Origin: Octopus vulgaris | Taxonomy: Eukaryota | Length of the DNA stretch: 64,000 bases | Assembly: GCA_951406725.2 (NCBI GenBank) | Contig: OX597824.1 | Coordinates: 74,524,001 to 74,588,000 of the forward strand | Direction of reading: 5' to 3' | Shown: positions 11,361 to 24,435 of the stretch, in pieces | How the letters are laid out: every line of letters begins with the position of its first letter | Position numbering within the stretch: the stretch's first letter is position 1 | The notes under the pieces: generated by a model | Told to the model about the DNA's origin: nothing | Databases searched by the model: none | Seen by the model: the letters and a program-made list of their open reading frames with translations, nothing else | Position numbers and translations under genes: made by a program

Positions 11361-12148
11361 TATACAAACATTTGACACATATATAGCCTTATAAACATGG
11401 CCGCAAAATATGCATAGGAATATAAAAAGACATTTCCGTGTCGTGTTAGTCTGCAATGATGTAGTTTAATCACTAGTTTATGCGGCATTCATCAGCAGCA
11501 AAAAATTATCAGAAAAAATGTTCGATAAAAACTGGATAAGAGAATAAAAAAAAAAAAAAAAATGAACACTATTCAAGGGAAATAACTCAGGTTTGTATTC
11601 TAATACAGTTTCTAGAGTTACATACCTTGAAAGCTGATGGTGTTCCTACGAACTAACACAGAAGCCGCTGTGTGATTGTTTATTATTTCCTAGAAATACC
11701 AGCCAAATATTTCTGAAATCAAGTTCTACCAGCTTAGAAAAGGAAACATATATTAGATAATGTAGTCCTAGATACACTGTTTGATAATTAATTAACTAAA
11801 AATAAATAGATGAATAATATAATTTTAAAATAACACTTAAAACAAGATAAGACGGCATGTTGGACGATTTCCATCTTAAGTCAACCGATGTGAACTGCAT
11901 AACTGACAGCAAATGTTGGATATACAACAATATTTATTTTCATGATGAAACTTTTATACGTGTACGCATGGTATGTGTCTTTGTGTGTGTGTGTGTGTGT
12001 GTTTGTGTCCAAATTGAGGGAGTGGAGCAGGTAAAATTCTGGCTACATTTGTTTCCTAGCGAGCAGATCCTTTGATGTAATGGTCGAAGATACCTTACAT
12101 ATAGGTTACATTTAGCCAATAAATTATTATTGTTCCCGAATGTTGTTT

Positions 12149-12311
12149 AGGCGCAGGTGTGACTGTGTGGAAAGTAGCTTGCTTACGAACCACATGGTTC
12201 CGGGTTCAGTCCCACTGTGTGGCACCTTGGGCAAGTGTCTTCTACTATAGCCTCGGGCCGACCAAAGCCTTGTGAGTGGATTTGGTAGACGGAAACTCAA
12301 AGAAGCCTGTC

Positions 12312-12409
<98 letters not shown>

Positions 12410-12711
12410 GTATATATGTATGTATGTATGTATGTATATATATATATATATATATATTATGTATGTATGTATTTGTATGTATGTATGTGTATGTATGTAT
12501 GTGTTTGTGTTTGTCCCTCCAACATCGCTTGACAACCGATGCTGGTGTGTTTACGTCCCCGTAACCTAGCGGTACGGCAAAAGAGACCGATAGAATAAGT
12601 GCTACAAAGGCTTACAAAGAATAAGTCCTGGGGTCGATGTGCTCGACTAAAGGTAGTTCTCCAGCATAGCCACAGTCAAACGACTGAAACAAGTAAAAGA
12701 GTAAAAGAGTA
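12149..12711 (+). mobile_element. SINE-B with large internal (TA)n/(TATG)n
   Basis: Full head and tail present. Confidence 0.9.
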
Positions 12712-12791
12712 TACCTACCACGGACTGCTCGAAGCTTACAAAATTCCTGTACTTAGATCCTTGGATCTTATAATTATATTTGCGCGCGCGC

Positions 12792-12846
<55 letters not shown>

Positions 12847-12851
<5 letters not shown>

Positions 12852-12973
12852 CTTTATTGCCTACAAGAGGCTAAACATAGAGAGGACAAACAAGGAAAGA
12901 CAAAGGAATTAAGTCGATTACATCGACCCCAATGCGTAACTGGTACTTAATTTATCGACCCCGAAAGGATGAA
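12847..12973 (-). mobile_element. SINE-A 3' fragment in (TA)n
   Basis: TATTTCTTTATTGCC...CCGAAAGGATGAA. Confidence 0.8.
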
Positions 12974-13122
12974 TATATATATATATATATATGCTTGTAT
13001 TTATAAGCATAAGTGGTATATATGTGATTGTATGAGTGTGTGTGTGTGTCCATGTATTTATGCGCGTATGTATGTATGTATGTATGTATGTATGTATGTA
13101 TGTATGTATGTATGTATGTATT

Positions 13123-13320
13123 GTGGAGGCGTATGACCTGGTGTTTAGGAGTGTTGGGCTAACAATCGCTGGGTCGTGAATCCGAGTCTTGGACCGGGTG
13201 GCATGTTCTATCCTTGAGCAAGGTTCCCCATTTCATTGTGCTTCACCACTTAGATAAAAATGAGTACAAACGGGAGCAGCGGTTCTAACCCTGCCGCTGA
13301 CTACGAGTTTCGTGCAGCAG
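13123..13320 (+). mobile_element. Diverged tRNA-derived SINE, family E/F-like head
   Basis: GGAGGCGTATGACCTGGTG...GGACCGGG...CCTTGAGCAAG...AAAATGAGTA. Confidence 0.5.
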
Positions 13321-13617
13321 GCTGTCTTCTCCTCTAAGTCTCTTAAACGCCATAGAATGGGTCAATTAGCTCAAGATAGTCTTTAACATACAAACTCCAC
13401 CTTGTCTGTCTGTCTGTCTGTCCCACCTCTCTCTTTCTCTCTATGATGCACACGGACACAGGTTCGTGTGTCACATAGCTAGCTAGAAGCGATGGCCTCT
13501 TGGAGTTAATCAACGGTAGCATTCGTCCTATTTTTTGGACTGCCATGTTAGCTTGGTGATAACAATTAATATCCAGTATCGCTGCCGTAATCTCCTTTAG
13601 AAAGACTTAGAAATATT

Positions 13618-13692
<75 letters not shown>

Positions 13693-14255
13693 TATGCATG
13701 TATATACGTACGTACGTACGTACGTGCGTGTGTGTGTGTGCATGTACGTGTACATATAAATATGTAGCGAACCACCACAGAATACCTAAGATAAGATTCC
13801 GGGGCGAATCCGAATTCTTCCACATTGTCAAACAAGTCCTCAGCCCATTGTTTTAACCTTTCTGCACTACTGAGTGATTAATGAGAATAAACTGACCTCT
13901 TAAAATATTTTCGAGACATTCACGAGTCAAAACTGATATAGTGTAGAATCCTGCTCTTCTCGGTTGACCTAATTAAATTTATCAAAATATAAATACACAT
14001 GCCAAGTTGTTATCTCTTTCTCTTTGTGGTCGGTTTGTTACCGGTCAAAAACTATGTTGATTAATGCACGTGAAGGTAGACTTCTTACCGTTTCTATCTA
14101 CATACATTCCTTTTAGTGTCTTTCTCCCTAGTAGTCACAGAGATGAAACTAACTTGTTATCACACAGAATGGAGATCTACAAACAACTCATGTTCAGATA
14201 AACAACTCAACAAACTTGTATATTCTATATATATTGTAATAACTAATATTATAAT

Positions 14256-14833
14256 TTCAGACCCCACCCCACTTCGGTCATGACTGACCATGGGATTGCA
14301 CCTAGAAAGTTACCCTCCCAGGCACAAGTCCGGGCAAGTTTGTTTATGGAAGACCAGCAGTTGCCCATGCATACCATCCTCCTCTCTCCACACAACCAGT
14401 GTTATCCAAGAGAAAGGCAAAGGCCGATACAGCTTGGCACCAGTAATGTCGCAGCTCATTTATTAACGTGCACGTAGCTGAGCACTCCACAGACACATGT
14501 ACCCTTAACGTAGTTCACGAAGAGATTCAGCGTGACTCAGAGTGTGACAAGGCTGGCCCTTTGAAATACAGGTACAACAGAAACAGGAAGAATGAGTGAG
14601 AGAAAGTTGTGGTGAAAGAGTACAACAGGGATCACCACCACCCCTTGCAGGAGACTCGTGGAGCTTTAGGTGTTTTCGTTCAATAAACACTCACAATGCC
14701 CGGTCTGAGTGAACTGGAGCAACGTGAAATAAAGTGTCTTGCTCAAGAATCAACACGCAGCCCGGTCCAGGAATCGAACTCACAACCTCACGATCGTAAG
14801 CTCGACGCTCTAATCACTGAACCATGCCCCTTC
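14256..14833 (-). mobile_element. SINE-E containing an internal SINE-C segment at about 14462-14707
   Basis: Matches 40876-41223 outside the insert and 40286-40668 inside it; 14-bp TSD ACTAATATTATAAT at 14242 and 14834. Confidence 0.85.
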
Positions 14834-14959
14834 ACTAATATTATAATATTTGTCATATAATCACTAATGATATAATAAATGGCCATCTTAATAATTAATT
14901 AATTGATATTGTTCTTCATTCATTTCTGATCTGTGTTATGATATTTAAACTCTGTCGTT

Positions 14960-15084
14960 ACATATACATACATGCATGCATGCATGCATACATACATACA
15001 TACATACGTACGTACATACATACATACATACATACATACGTACATACATGCATGCATGCATGCATGCATGCATACATACATACA

Positions 15085-15116
<32 letters not shown>

Positions 15117-15283
15117 CGTACGTACATACATACATACATACATACATACATACGTACATACATACATGCATACATACATACATACATACATACATACATA
15201 CATACATACGTACGTACATACATACATACATACATACATACATACATACATACATACATACATACATACATACATACATACAT
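14960..15283. repeat. (TACA)n microsatellite
   Basis: Direct. Confidence 0.97.
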
Positions 15284-15412
15284 AAATCAAGTAGCTTTGT
15301 GTTTGAGCTTTTGATGGAAAACAGTGTTGCAGATAGTTAAGCTAAATTCAGAGCAGAGTTTAAGCTGCTATTCATTTAACCGATACCGAAAGGGCCCACA
15401 TGAATATTAAAA

Positions 15413-15850
15413 TCACCAGGGAAGCAATAACTTATCATCAACAGATGTGGATGCAGTAGCAGCACGAAGAGACTCATAGAAAGAACCAAGAACCTTTTCA
15501 CTGATCTGTAGGGTTGGCGCATAGATATATAAGAGTGTTACATGACGACTGTGTGTCAGAGGAAAACGAAGTTTCATAACACTATCGATTACACCAGAAG
15601 ACTTTCCATACAGTCGAGCAGGCAATGCCAACATTACCTTCTTTTCGTTCGGCTTTGGATCTAAGTAACGAAAAAAGAGAGAGACCTGACGATACGTCGG
15701 TTAATTGATGTTCTCCTGCTAAACGTGTTTCTGACGAGACTGCTGTGTCTGTGTACAATCTCTGAAGTTCTTTTGTCACAGTGCAGTTCTACGTCCCGGA
15801 TTTCCGGACGAGTTTGTGTCCAGGAGGGTTCTAACATTCCAACAACAAAT
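15413..15850 (-). mobile_element. RTE-type LINE apurinic endonuclease fragment
   Basis: ELQRLYTDTAVSSETRLAGEHQL and MKLRFPL...VTLLYIYAPTL...FYESL...DKLLL motifs. Confidence 0.75.
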
Positions 15851-15971
15851 GTTAGGTTTGACTCTATTTTATTGCATGTGTTGTATTATTCTTGTCCCTG
15901 CTTGAGTGAATCATTGTTAGTTGCAGTTAATTAACCAGTGTTTGTATGACAAGCAATTTTTTTTTATATCC

Positions 15972-16120
15972 TCCATCCATCCATCCATCCATCCATCCAT
16001 CCATCCACCCACCCACCCACCCATCCATCCATCCATCCATCCATCCATCCATCCATCCATCCATCCATCCATCCATCCATCCATCCATCCATCCATCCAT
16101 CCATCCATCCATCCATCCAT
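15972..16120. repeat. (CCAT)n microsatellite
   Basis: Direct. Confidence 0.97.
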
Positions 16121-16246
16121 CAGCCGAAATTGCGAAGATGATCCGGTTCTTGACTGAAGATTGAAGGCTTCGAATGTCCCATGTCCGTGTTTTTTGTATC
16201 GTCTTCTAAATGTTTCACGTTCTTGTCCCAGTTTGTATTTTTTTAC

Positions 16247-16279
<33 letters not shown>

Positions 16280-16848
16280 CATACATACATACATAGGGAA
16301 TGCCAGCAAGTAGCCTTTCCTGGACCTGTGATAGATATATTGCACATCACCCAGAAAATCACGTTTTTATTATAGAGGAATAGTAGATAGCTACTTAGTA
16401 GCTATCTCCTATTCCTGAATCAGAGAGATAAGGACGCCTCTAAACTTTTACGCTTTAACAGAAAATATAGACTGTGCCATACCAGTGTAGAAGGGATCCC
16501 TCATATAATTTGTAGCTTCCTAAAATATTCGCAATACATTCCATTCCCGTGAGATATGAGAAAGTCACTAAGACGGTCTACAATGCTATGTGCAAGATGG
16601 ATTGTTCTGACGGCCATGCTAAAGGCAAACCAGAACCAGAACATTTCAACACTTTTAAAAATAAAGAATAAAACATTAAAAAAACCCAGCCAACTGCTCT
16701 AAACTTAATGGACCAGATATTGTTCTGTGGGACAGGGAGCCAATTCATGCACTCTTGGAGAGATTAACTGCCCGGTGGCTTTGTCTTGTCAAAAATTGTA
16801 GAGAAGAAAAACATCTGCGGAGATGTGTTGAGAAACATACAGATCTTG

Positions 16849-17449
16849 AAGGCGGCGAGATGGTAGAAACGTTAGCACGCCGGGCGAAATGCTTAGCGGT
16901 ATTTCGTCTGCCGTTACGTTCTGATTTCAAATTCCGCCGAGGTTGACTTTGCTTTTCATCCTTTCGGGGTCGATTAAATAACTACCTGTTACGCACTGGG
17001 GTCGATGTAATCGGCTTTATCCGTTTGCCTGTCTTTGTTTGTCTCCTCTGTGTTTAGCCCCTTGTGGGCAGTAAAGAGTAAGGTACTTCGTCTGTCGCTA
17101 CGTTCTGAGTTCAAATTCTGCCGAGGTCGACTTTGCATTTCATCCTTTCGGGGTCGATTAAATAACTACCTGTTACGCACTGGGGTCGATGTAATCGGCT
17201 TTATCCGTTTGCCTGTCTTTGTTTGTCCCCTCTGTGTTTAGCCCCTTGTGGGCAGTAAAGAGTAAGGTACTTCGTCTGCCGCTACGTTCTGAGTTCAAAT
17301 TCTGCCGAGGTCGACTTTGCATTTCATCCTTTCGGGGTCGATTAAATAACTACCTGTTACGCACTGGGGTCGATATAATCGACTTAATCTCTTCGTCTGT
17401 CCTTGTTTGTCCCCTCTGTGTCTAGCCCCTTCTGGGCAATAAAGAAATA
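16849..17449 (+). mobile_element. SINE-A trimer
   Basis: One head plus three body units; 18-bp TSD AGAAACATACAGATCTTG at 16831 and 17450. Confidence 0.92.
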
Positions 17450-17974
17450 AGAAACATACAGATCTTGTATCTGGTTAATAGATTTTCATTTGTTCCTATT
17501 ATCATAACTACACTTGGATATGTAACAACAGGTTTGCATAAAAGCCTAAAAATGCTAGGGGCCTCCATAAAAGCAAAAAGCTGACTGATTCATATTCTCC
17601 AAATAAAACGAGTTAGTGGGCTGCGAAAATTCTGTAAGGCAGTCTAAAGATTCTTCATTTGAGTTTTTTTGGCTGAACAGATGCACGCAATCACATCTAT
17701 ATTTAGTATACGCACATGCACATACATTAACAGTAATGAAGCACAGAAAATTCTATATTGAGATGACATGTGAGGATATACCGTGTGTCGGTAAACCCAC
17801 ATGCATATATCATATATGCACACAGTAACCAGTTCGGATACCCGTAAACCATAAAGATCCTTGTTACTTTATGAAACGTTTGAATTCTGCAAAAGAGACA
17901 TACCTCAAATAAATCACAAATTGGAAACTACCGATTCATCTACCTACGCACACCTGCCTGCCTGCCTGCCTACC

Positions 17975-18350
17975 TACCAACCTACATACATATATGCATA
18001 CATACATACATACATACATACATACATACATACATACATACATACATACATGCATGCATGCATACATACATACATACGTACGTACGTACGTACATACATA
18101 CATACGTACGTACATACATACATACATACACACAAGCTACATATCTATACACATGCATATCTTCACACACACATATATACACAAACACACATATGCATAC
18201 ATGCATACATACATACATACATACATACAAACATACATGCATGCATGCATACATACATACATACATACATATATGCATACATACATGCATGCATACATAC
18301 ATACATGCAAATGTTCACGTGCACACACACACACACACAACACACACACA
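17975..18350. repeat. (TACA)n/(CA)n microsatellite
   Basis: Direct. Confidence 0.95.
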
Positions 18351-18503
18351 TGTAGGGTGAGCTTCAACACAGTTTCCGTCTACCAATTCACGCTGGTTTT
18401 ATACCGTAAATCCACAAACGGCATTGGTCGGCTCGGGTCTATAACAGAAGAAATCTGCCCAAGGTGCCCCGCAGTGGGACTGAACCCGAAACGAAGTACT
18501 TGC

Positions 18504-18549
<46 letters not shown>

Positions 18550-19580
18550 ACAAGCTTCCACATAGTTTCCACTTACCAAATTCACTTACAAGGCACTGGT
18601 CGGTCAGGGTCTACAGTAGATGACTAGTGTCGAAGCTGCCGAGCAACCTCAAACCTGCCTCAATTACCATCTTATTTCTAAATCAAAAATATCATCCACC
18701 CCCTTAAACCGTCAATGCTTTCTTGACATTTGACACCTTCTTGTTAGCTAACGGCTCGTCCAACGGAATTACCGCTTAAGTTAAGAACCACCGCATATAA
18801 AACAATTTGGATCTGGATAGATTTTACCATAGACAAAGAAATAAAAAAATAATCTGGGTGCAAGGGAGATAATTCAAAACGTTTATTGGTTAAGAGATTG
18901 ATAGAAAACCGACGCAGTGAAGTTTTTCAAGGGAGATAACTCAGGAGGTTTGTTGTTAGAAAAGCATGATTTATATTGAGTGGCGGTCAGAGAAGGATTG
19001 AAAGGGAGAGAGAGAGATTGGGGGAGAAAGAGAGGGAGAAGAGAAAGTGAGAGAGTTTGTTTCTTCTTCCATCATGTTTCATGTTCCCATCATATGCAGG
19101 GCCAACAGATAGCCGCTACATGGTCATTGGACCTGCAAGAAAGAGCAGCTAAATCACCGTCAAATCATTACCTTTCCTCTTAGAAAAGAGAGACGTTGAA
19201 TAATCGCTGCGTCGTATAAAGTGACAACGAAGGAGCCACTAAACAACTGCTACTTAAATTGCTAGAAATAGCAGTCAAATCTCCCCCTCCCCGCCCCAAA
19301 TCGCAATCTGCTGGATAAACTGAATGAATAATGTGAGCCTTTACTTTTACTTGTTTCATTCATTGAAGTGCGGCCGAGCTGGGGCACCACCTAGAAGGGT
19401 TTAGCAGAACAAATCGACCCAGTTTTTTTTTTAAAGTCTGACATTATCTCATCGATATCTTTTGTGGGGCTGCTAAGTTGCGGGTAAATAAAGAAACAGG
19501 TTGTCAAACGGTGACGGTACACACAGAAGCGCGCACACGCACACACAAACACACACATTCATATACACTCACATACATTC

Positions 19581-19630
<50 letters not shown>

Positions 19631-19691
19631 GTGTGTGTATTTGCATGTGTGTGGGTGCGATTCCGTGTCTATGCATACATACATATATGTA

Positions 19692-19982
19692 TGTTCCTTC
19701 TCGAGCCATCCCTGGCTCACAAGGGCCGGTTTCCCGGTTTCCTTGGCGTATAGGTTCCCCACCTGGATGGGACGCCGGTCCGTCGCAGGTGAGCTCCAAG
19801 ATACGGGATGAAAGAGTGAGAGAAAGTTGTGGGGAAAGAGTCACCATTACCTTCTGCTGGAGCCACGTGGTGCTTAGGTGTTACGCTAATAAACACACAC
19901 ACACATTGCCCGGTCTGAGATTCGAACCCGCGATCCCTCGACCGCGAGTCCGCTGCTCTAACCACTAGGCCATGTGCCTCCA
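19692..19982 (-). mobile_element. tRNA-derived SINE family D
   Basis: Head GGAGGCACATGGCCTAGTGGTTAGAGCAGCGGACTCGCGG...GGTTCGAATC; matches 41622-41922. Confidence 0.88.
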
Positions 19983-19994
19983 TGTGTGTATGTA

Positions 19995-20037
<43 letters not shown>

Positions 20038-20330
20038 ATGAATGTGTTATGCATGTATGTATGTATGCATGTATGCATGTCTGTCTGTCTGTATGTATGT
20101 ATGTATGTATGCACGTATGTATGTATGTATGTATGTATGTATGTATGTATGTATGAGTGCATGTATGTATGAGTGTGTGTATGTATGTATGTATGTATGA
20201 GTGCATGTATGTATGTATGTATGTATGTATGTATGTATGTATGTATGTATGTATGTATGTATGTAGTGCATGTATGTATGTATGTATGTATGTATGTATG
20301 TATGTATGTATGTATGCGTTTGTGTATCAT
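19983..20330. repeat. (TG)n/(TATG)n microsatellite
   Basis: Direct. Confidence 0.95.
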
Positions 20331-20459
20331 GTATGAAACTCCTTCCTAAACTGTCTTCGCAGTGTTCTCAAACTTTTAGGACTAATTTTCCTTTTTTTAA
20401 AGCTTAATCTGGTTCCCTTCATTGTTTCTTACTAGTGAAGTCCGGAAAGAATGAAACTT

Positions 20460-20523
<64 letters not shown>

Positions 20524-20852
20524 ATACAGGACCGCCTGTATATACATGCACATAAACTTATGAATGTGTATGTAACGAAAATGAGCCACAGAGGTCAATA
20601 GCATGTATTTCTACAAGAAAAATGAATACAAGTATATTAAATACTATAAAATGTCAATTCTTGATTTACTGAAATCATTTCCGCTTTTAGAGAAGGTAGA
20701 ACAATCACTAGAAGTCAGTCGTAACAAATTCCAATTGGGAAGGGGAGATAATCTCCAAAATGAACATGACTGTATGAAAAAGACAGACTGAGTGGAAGTA
20801 AGAGAACAGTCGCAAAAATATATTTCTGTCTCTAAAGGTGTGAAAACATATA

Positions 20853-21183
<331 letters not shown>

Positions 21184-21185
21184 TT

Positions 21186-21316
21186 ATTTATTTTATAGAA
21201 GGAGCTTCTACAGGACTAGAACTGTTTCATTCAAATGAAATCTTCAGGAGCTTCCTGAAGATTTCATTTGAATGAAAAAGTTCTAGTCCTGTAGACGCTC
21301 CTTCTATAAAATAAAT
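21186..21316. repeat. 131-bp palindrome next to (TA)n, with a hammerhead-like motif
   Basis: Arms pair around 21251 with 2 mismatches; consensus GAGCTTC-CTGAAGA...GAAA-CAG..CTG-TA-GAAGCTC. Confidence 0.85.
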
Positions 21317-21407
21317 TAATTTACTCTGCTATGTATTGAGTACCTTATTAACTGTGGTTAACCCCGACTCAACCCGGGACCTACATATATATATATATAC
21401 ATACATA

Positions 21408-21788
21408 CTCTCTTTACTTGTTTCAGTCATTTGAAACTTTAGTTGAGCAAATCAACCCCAGGACATATTCTTTGTAAGCCTAGTACTTATTCTATCGGTT
21501 TCTTTGCCGAACCGCTAAGTTACAGGAACGTAAACACACCACCATCGGTTGTCAAGCGATATTGGGGGGACAAATACAGACACACAAAAATATACACACA
21601 CATTCATATACATATATATATATATACATACATATATACGACGGGCTTCTTTCAGTTTCCGCCTACCAAATCCACTGACAAGGCTTTGGTCGGCCCGAGG
21701 CTATAGTAGAAGACACCTGGGCAAGGTGCCACGCAGTGGGAATGAACCCGGAACCACATGGTTGGTAAGCAAGCTACTTACCACACAT
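21408..21788 (-). mobile_element. SINE-B
   Basis: Family motifs. Confidence 0.88.
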
Positions 21789-21807
21789 AATATCGGTCCG
21801 TCCCTGG

Positions 21808-21965
21808 ATAATTCATTTTTGCCTGCTGAGCGGACTGGAGCGACGTGGAATGAAGTGTTTTGCACAAGGACGCAAGAGTACAACGCGTCTCCCGGTCCAG
21901 GAATCGATACCTCAATCTTATGACTACGAGTCCAGCACTCCCAACCACTAAGCCACGTGCCCCAC
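21808..21965 (-). mobile_element. SINE-E/F head fragment
   Basis: GGCACGTGGCTTAGTGGTT...CGATTCCTGGACCGGG on the minus strand. Confidence 0.7.
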
Positions 21966-22106
21966 CACCCACCATATAAGATACATTTCGCAGATGCTCT
22001 GGAAGGATTCATCAGTGATGTTTTGGAATCCTAGGGAGTTCCGTTTCTGTCAACGTCAGACCCCACCACCCGCCCAATTGACCGAGCAGGGGTTGCTCAA
22101 GACCCA

Positions 22107-22338
22107 AGGCGGTGAGCAGGCAGAAACGTTAGCACACTGGGCTAAATGCGTAGCCGTATTTCGTCTGCTGCTACGTTCTGAGTTCAAATTCCGCCGAGGT
22201 CGACTTTGCCTTTCATCCTTTCGGGGTCGATTAAATAAGTACCAGTTACGCACTGGGGTCGATATAATCGACTTAATCCGTTTGTCTGTCCTTGTTTGTC
22301 CCCTTTGTGTTTAGCCCCTTGTGGGTAGTAAAGAAATA
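22107..22338 (+). mobile_element. SINE-A
   Basis: TSD GGTTG(C/A)TCAAGACCCA at 22091 and 22339. Confidence 0.92.
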
Positions 22339-22551
22339 GGTTGATCAAGACCCAACTTGCATCTCAGTGGCAGCAAATCACTGGTCTTCCCTCTCTATCC
22401 AAAGTCACCTAGTGACCATCCCTGCAGATTCAGCGCTGGGAATTTATAGCTTTCCTCTTTGCTGCACCAGAAACTCCAGTCACAAACATAAACACACATA
22501 CACACATACACACATAGACATGTAGACACGTCTGTTGTTGATGTTTCTCTT

Positions 22552-22580
22552 CTTGTTGTTGGTGTTGCTGTTGCTGATGC

Positions 22581-22656
<76 letters not shown>

Positions 22657-22692
22657 GATGACGACGACGACGACGACGACGATGATGATGAT
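22552..22692. repeat. (GTT)n/(GAC)n/(GAT)n microsatellite
   Basis: Direct. Confidence 0.95.
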
Positions 22693-22855
22693 GGACTAAA
22701 ACCAAGGACTGAAACAAGTGATACAGAGATAAAATGCAAAAGGTGTGTGTGTGTATGTGTGTGTGTGTGTGTGGAGAGAGAGAGAGAGTGAAATAAATAA
22801 CTTTTAATGGTGAGCTCGAAGTAGTTAAAGTTATAAATAATAGCGTGTAGAATAT

Positions 22856-22951
<96 letters not shown>

Positions 22952-23109
22952 CTCTGAGGTAGAAGAAGAAACAAATAAGTCGATGGCTGTTCCGCTATTA
23001 TTTGTAACTTCTAATCAAGAAAATATGAATAGTGAAAGCTTGAAAATAAATCTTTTGAGGTTTTGTCCCTTTACAGTTGCTATATAAAGTTACCTCCCTT
23101 ACACACACA

Positions 23110-23142
<33 letters not shown>

Positions 23143-23186
23143 GCACGCACGCACGCACGCACGCACACACACAGACACAAACACAC

Positions 23187-23300
23187 GTGGACGGTTTTCC
23201 TGAAAGTTCCTGGGCTTGGATAAAAGAAAATACAGGAGGATCAATTAATTATGATTTTATTCAACATATTTCCCTTCTTAGATTCACTCACTTATTGCCA
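23187..23300 (-). mobile_element. Mariner 3' end fragment
   Basis: Reverse complement reads NK*VNLRREIC (cf. mariner C-terminal KCVNLRGEYVE), followed by a TIR-like end. Confidence 0.5.
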
Positions 23301-23423
23301 ACGAATCTAGTCAACACACAAGACAACTATTATGCTCCCCCACAACAAAACACCACTACGTGGACTCTGTTGAGACTAGTAAGAAACAATTATGAACATT
23401 TTTATTACACGTAACTTTTAAAA

Positions 23424-23475
23424 ATATTTTTGATAAGGTTCGTTTTTTCAAGAAGAACCGAAACATGTAAAATTT
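23424..23475 (+). ncRNA. Degenerate minimal hammerhead ribozyme motif
   Basis: TTGATAA (2 changes from CTGATGA), stem II GGTTC/GAACC, GAAA, palindromic ACATGT, GUA site. Confidence 0.45.
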
Positions 23476-23593
23476 CTAAGAAAATTAAAATTTATCTTAT
23501 ATAGTGACGTTTTCAAACTTCTTTATATATAAGATTCCGTTGAATTAAGCACTTAAATTGAGGTACCTTGGAAGGTCGGTATAATCCACAGAC

Positions 23594-23820
23594 GGCGAGC
23601 TGGCAGAAACGTTAGCACGCCGGGTGAAATGGTCAGCGGTATTTCGTCTGCGTTACGTTGTGAGTTCAAATTCCGCCGAGGTCGACTTTGCCTTTCATCC
23701 TTTCGGGGTCGATAAATTAAGTACCAGTTACGCACTGGGGTCGATGTAATCGACTTAATACCTATGTCTGTCCTTGTTTGTCCCCTCTGTGTTTAGCCCC
23801 TTGTGGGTAATAAAGAAATA
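23594..23820 (+). mobile_element. SINE-A
   Basis: 16-bp TSD GGTATAATCCACAGAC at 23578 and 23821. Confidence 0.93.
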
Positions 23821-24435
23821 GGTATAATCCACAGACCCATACAATATTAATTGACTATTGAATATCAAGATTCCATGCAGGGTTGTTTGTATGTGATGTT
23901 CCTGCCGAATGTGCAGACAATGCAATCCAGCTAAGTGAAGATATCCGTTCTTGGTAATTCAGATTTGTACTTTTTATAAAAGTACTTTCTAAAGTATTTC
24001 CGAAGTGCAGATTCCAAGTTATGTGAATAAAATATAAATGAGTAACAAAGGTGTACAGGTATCAATTCATTACGGCCGTTTCAAGCGACTCCTTTAATTG
24101 ATTAACGAAAACATTACATCATTTGAAAGAAACCGTTCTCGTTAGATGACCGCATAGACTTCAAACATAAAAGATACAGCCATTTCCTGAACATATTCAC
24201 CTCAATAATGGAACTCAAAATATTTGCATTGTTTCTTTTTGTTATATCTGTAGCAGAATGAGAAAATAATGCATACCTTGTGAAGTCTACTATAATCTAG
24301 AGAGTAGCCGAGGAAATAGTGGGGTCAGGATAAAAAGAGTGATGACTTAGTAACTTACACTTAGAAGACTTTATGTAGAATGTAATCTTCAACCATTTAG
24401 AATCAAATCCATTGGGAGTTGTCAGCCGTATTCTA

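Noticed and set aside
11465-11500. Minus-strand CTGATGA-ATGCCGCAT-AAACTAGT motif
   Set aside because: Lacks GAAA and stem I.
21975-22020. Minus-strand CTGATGA...GAAATGTA motif
   Set aside because: Stems I and II do not pair convincingly.
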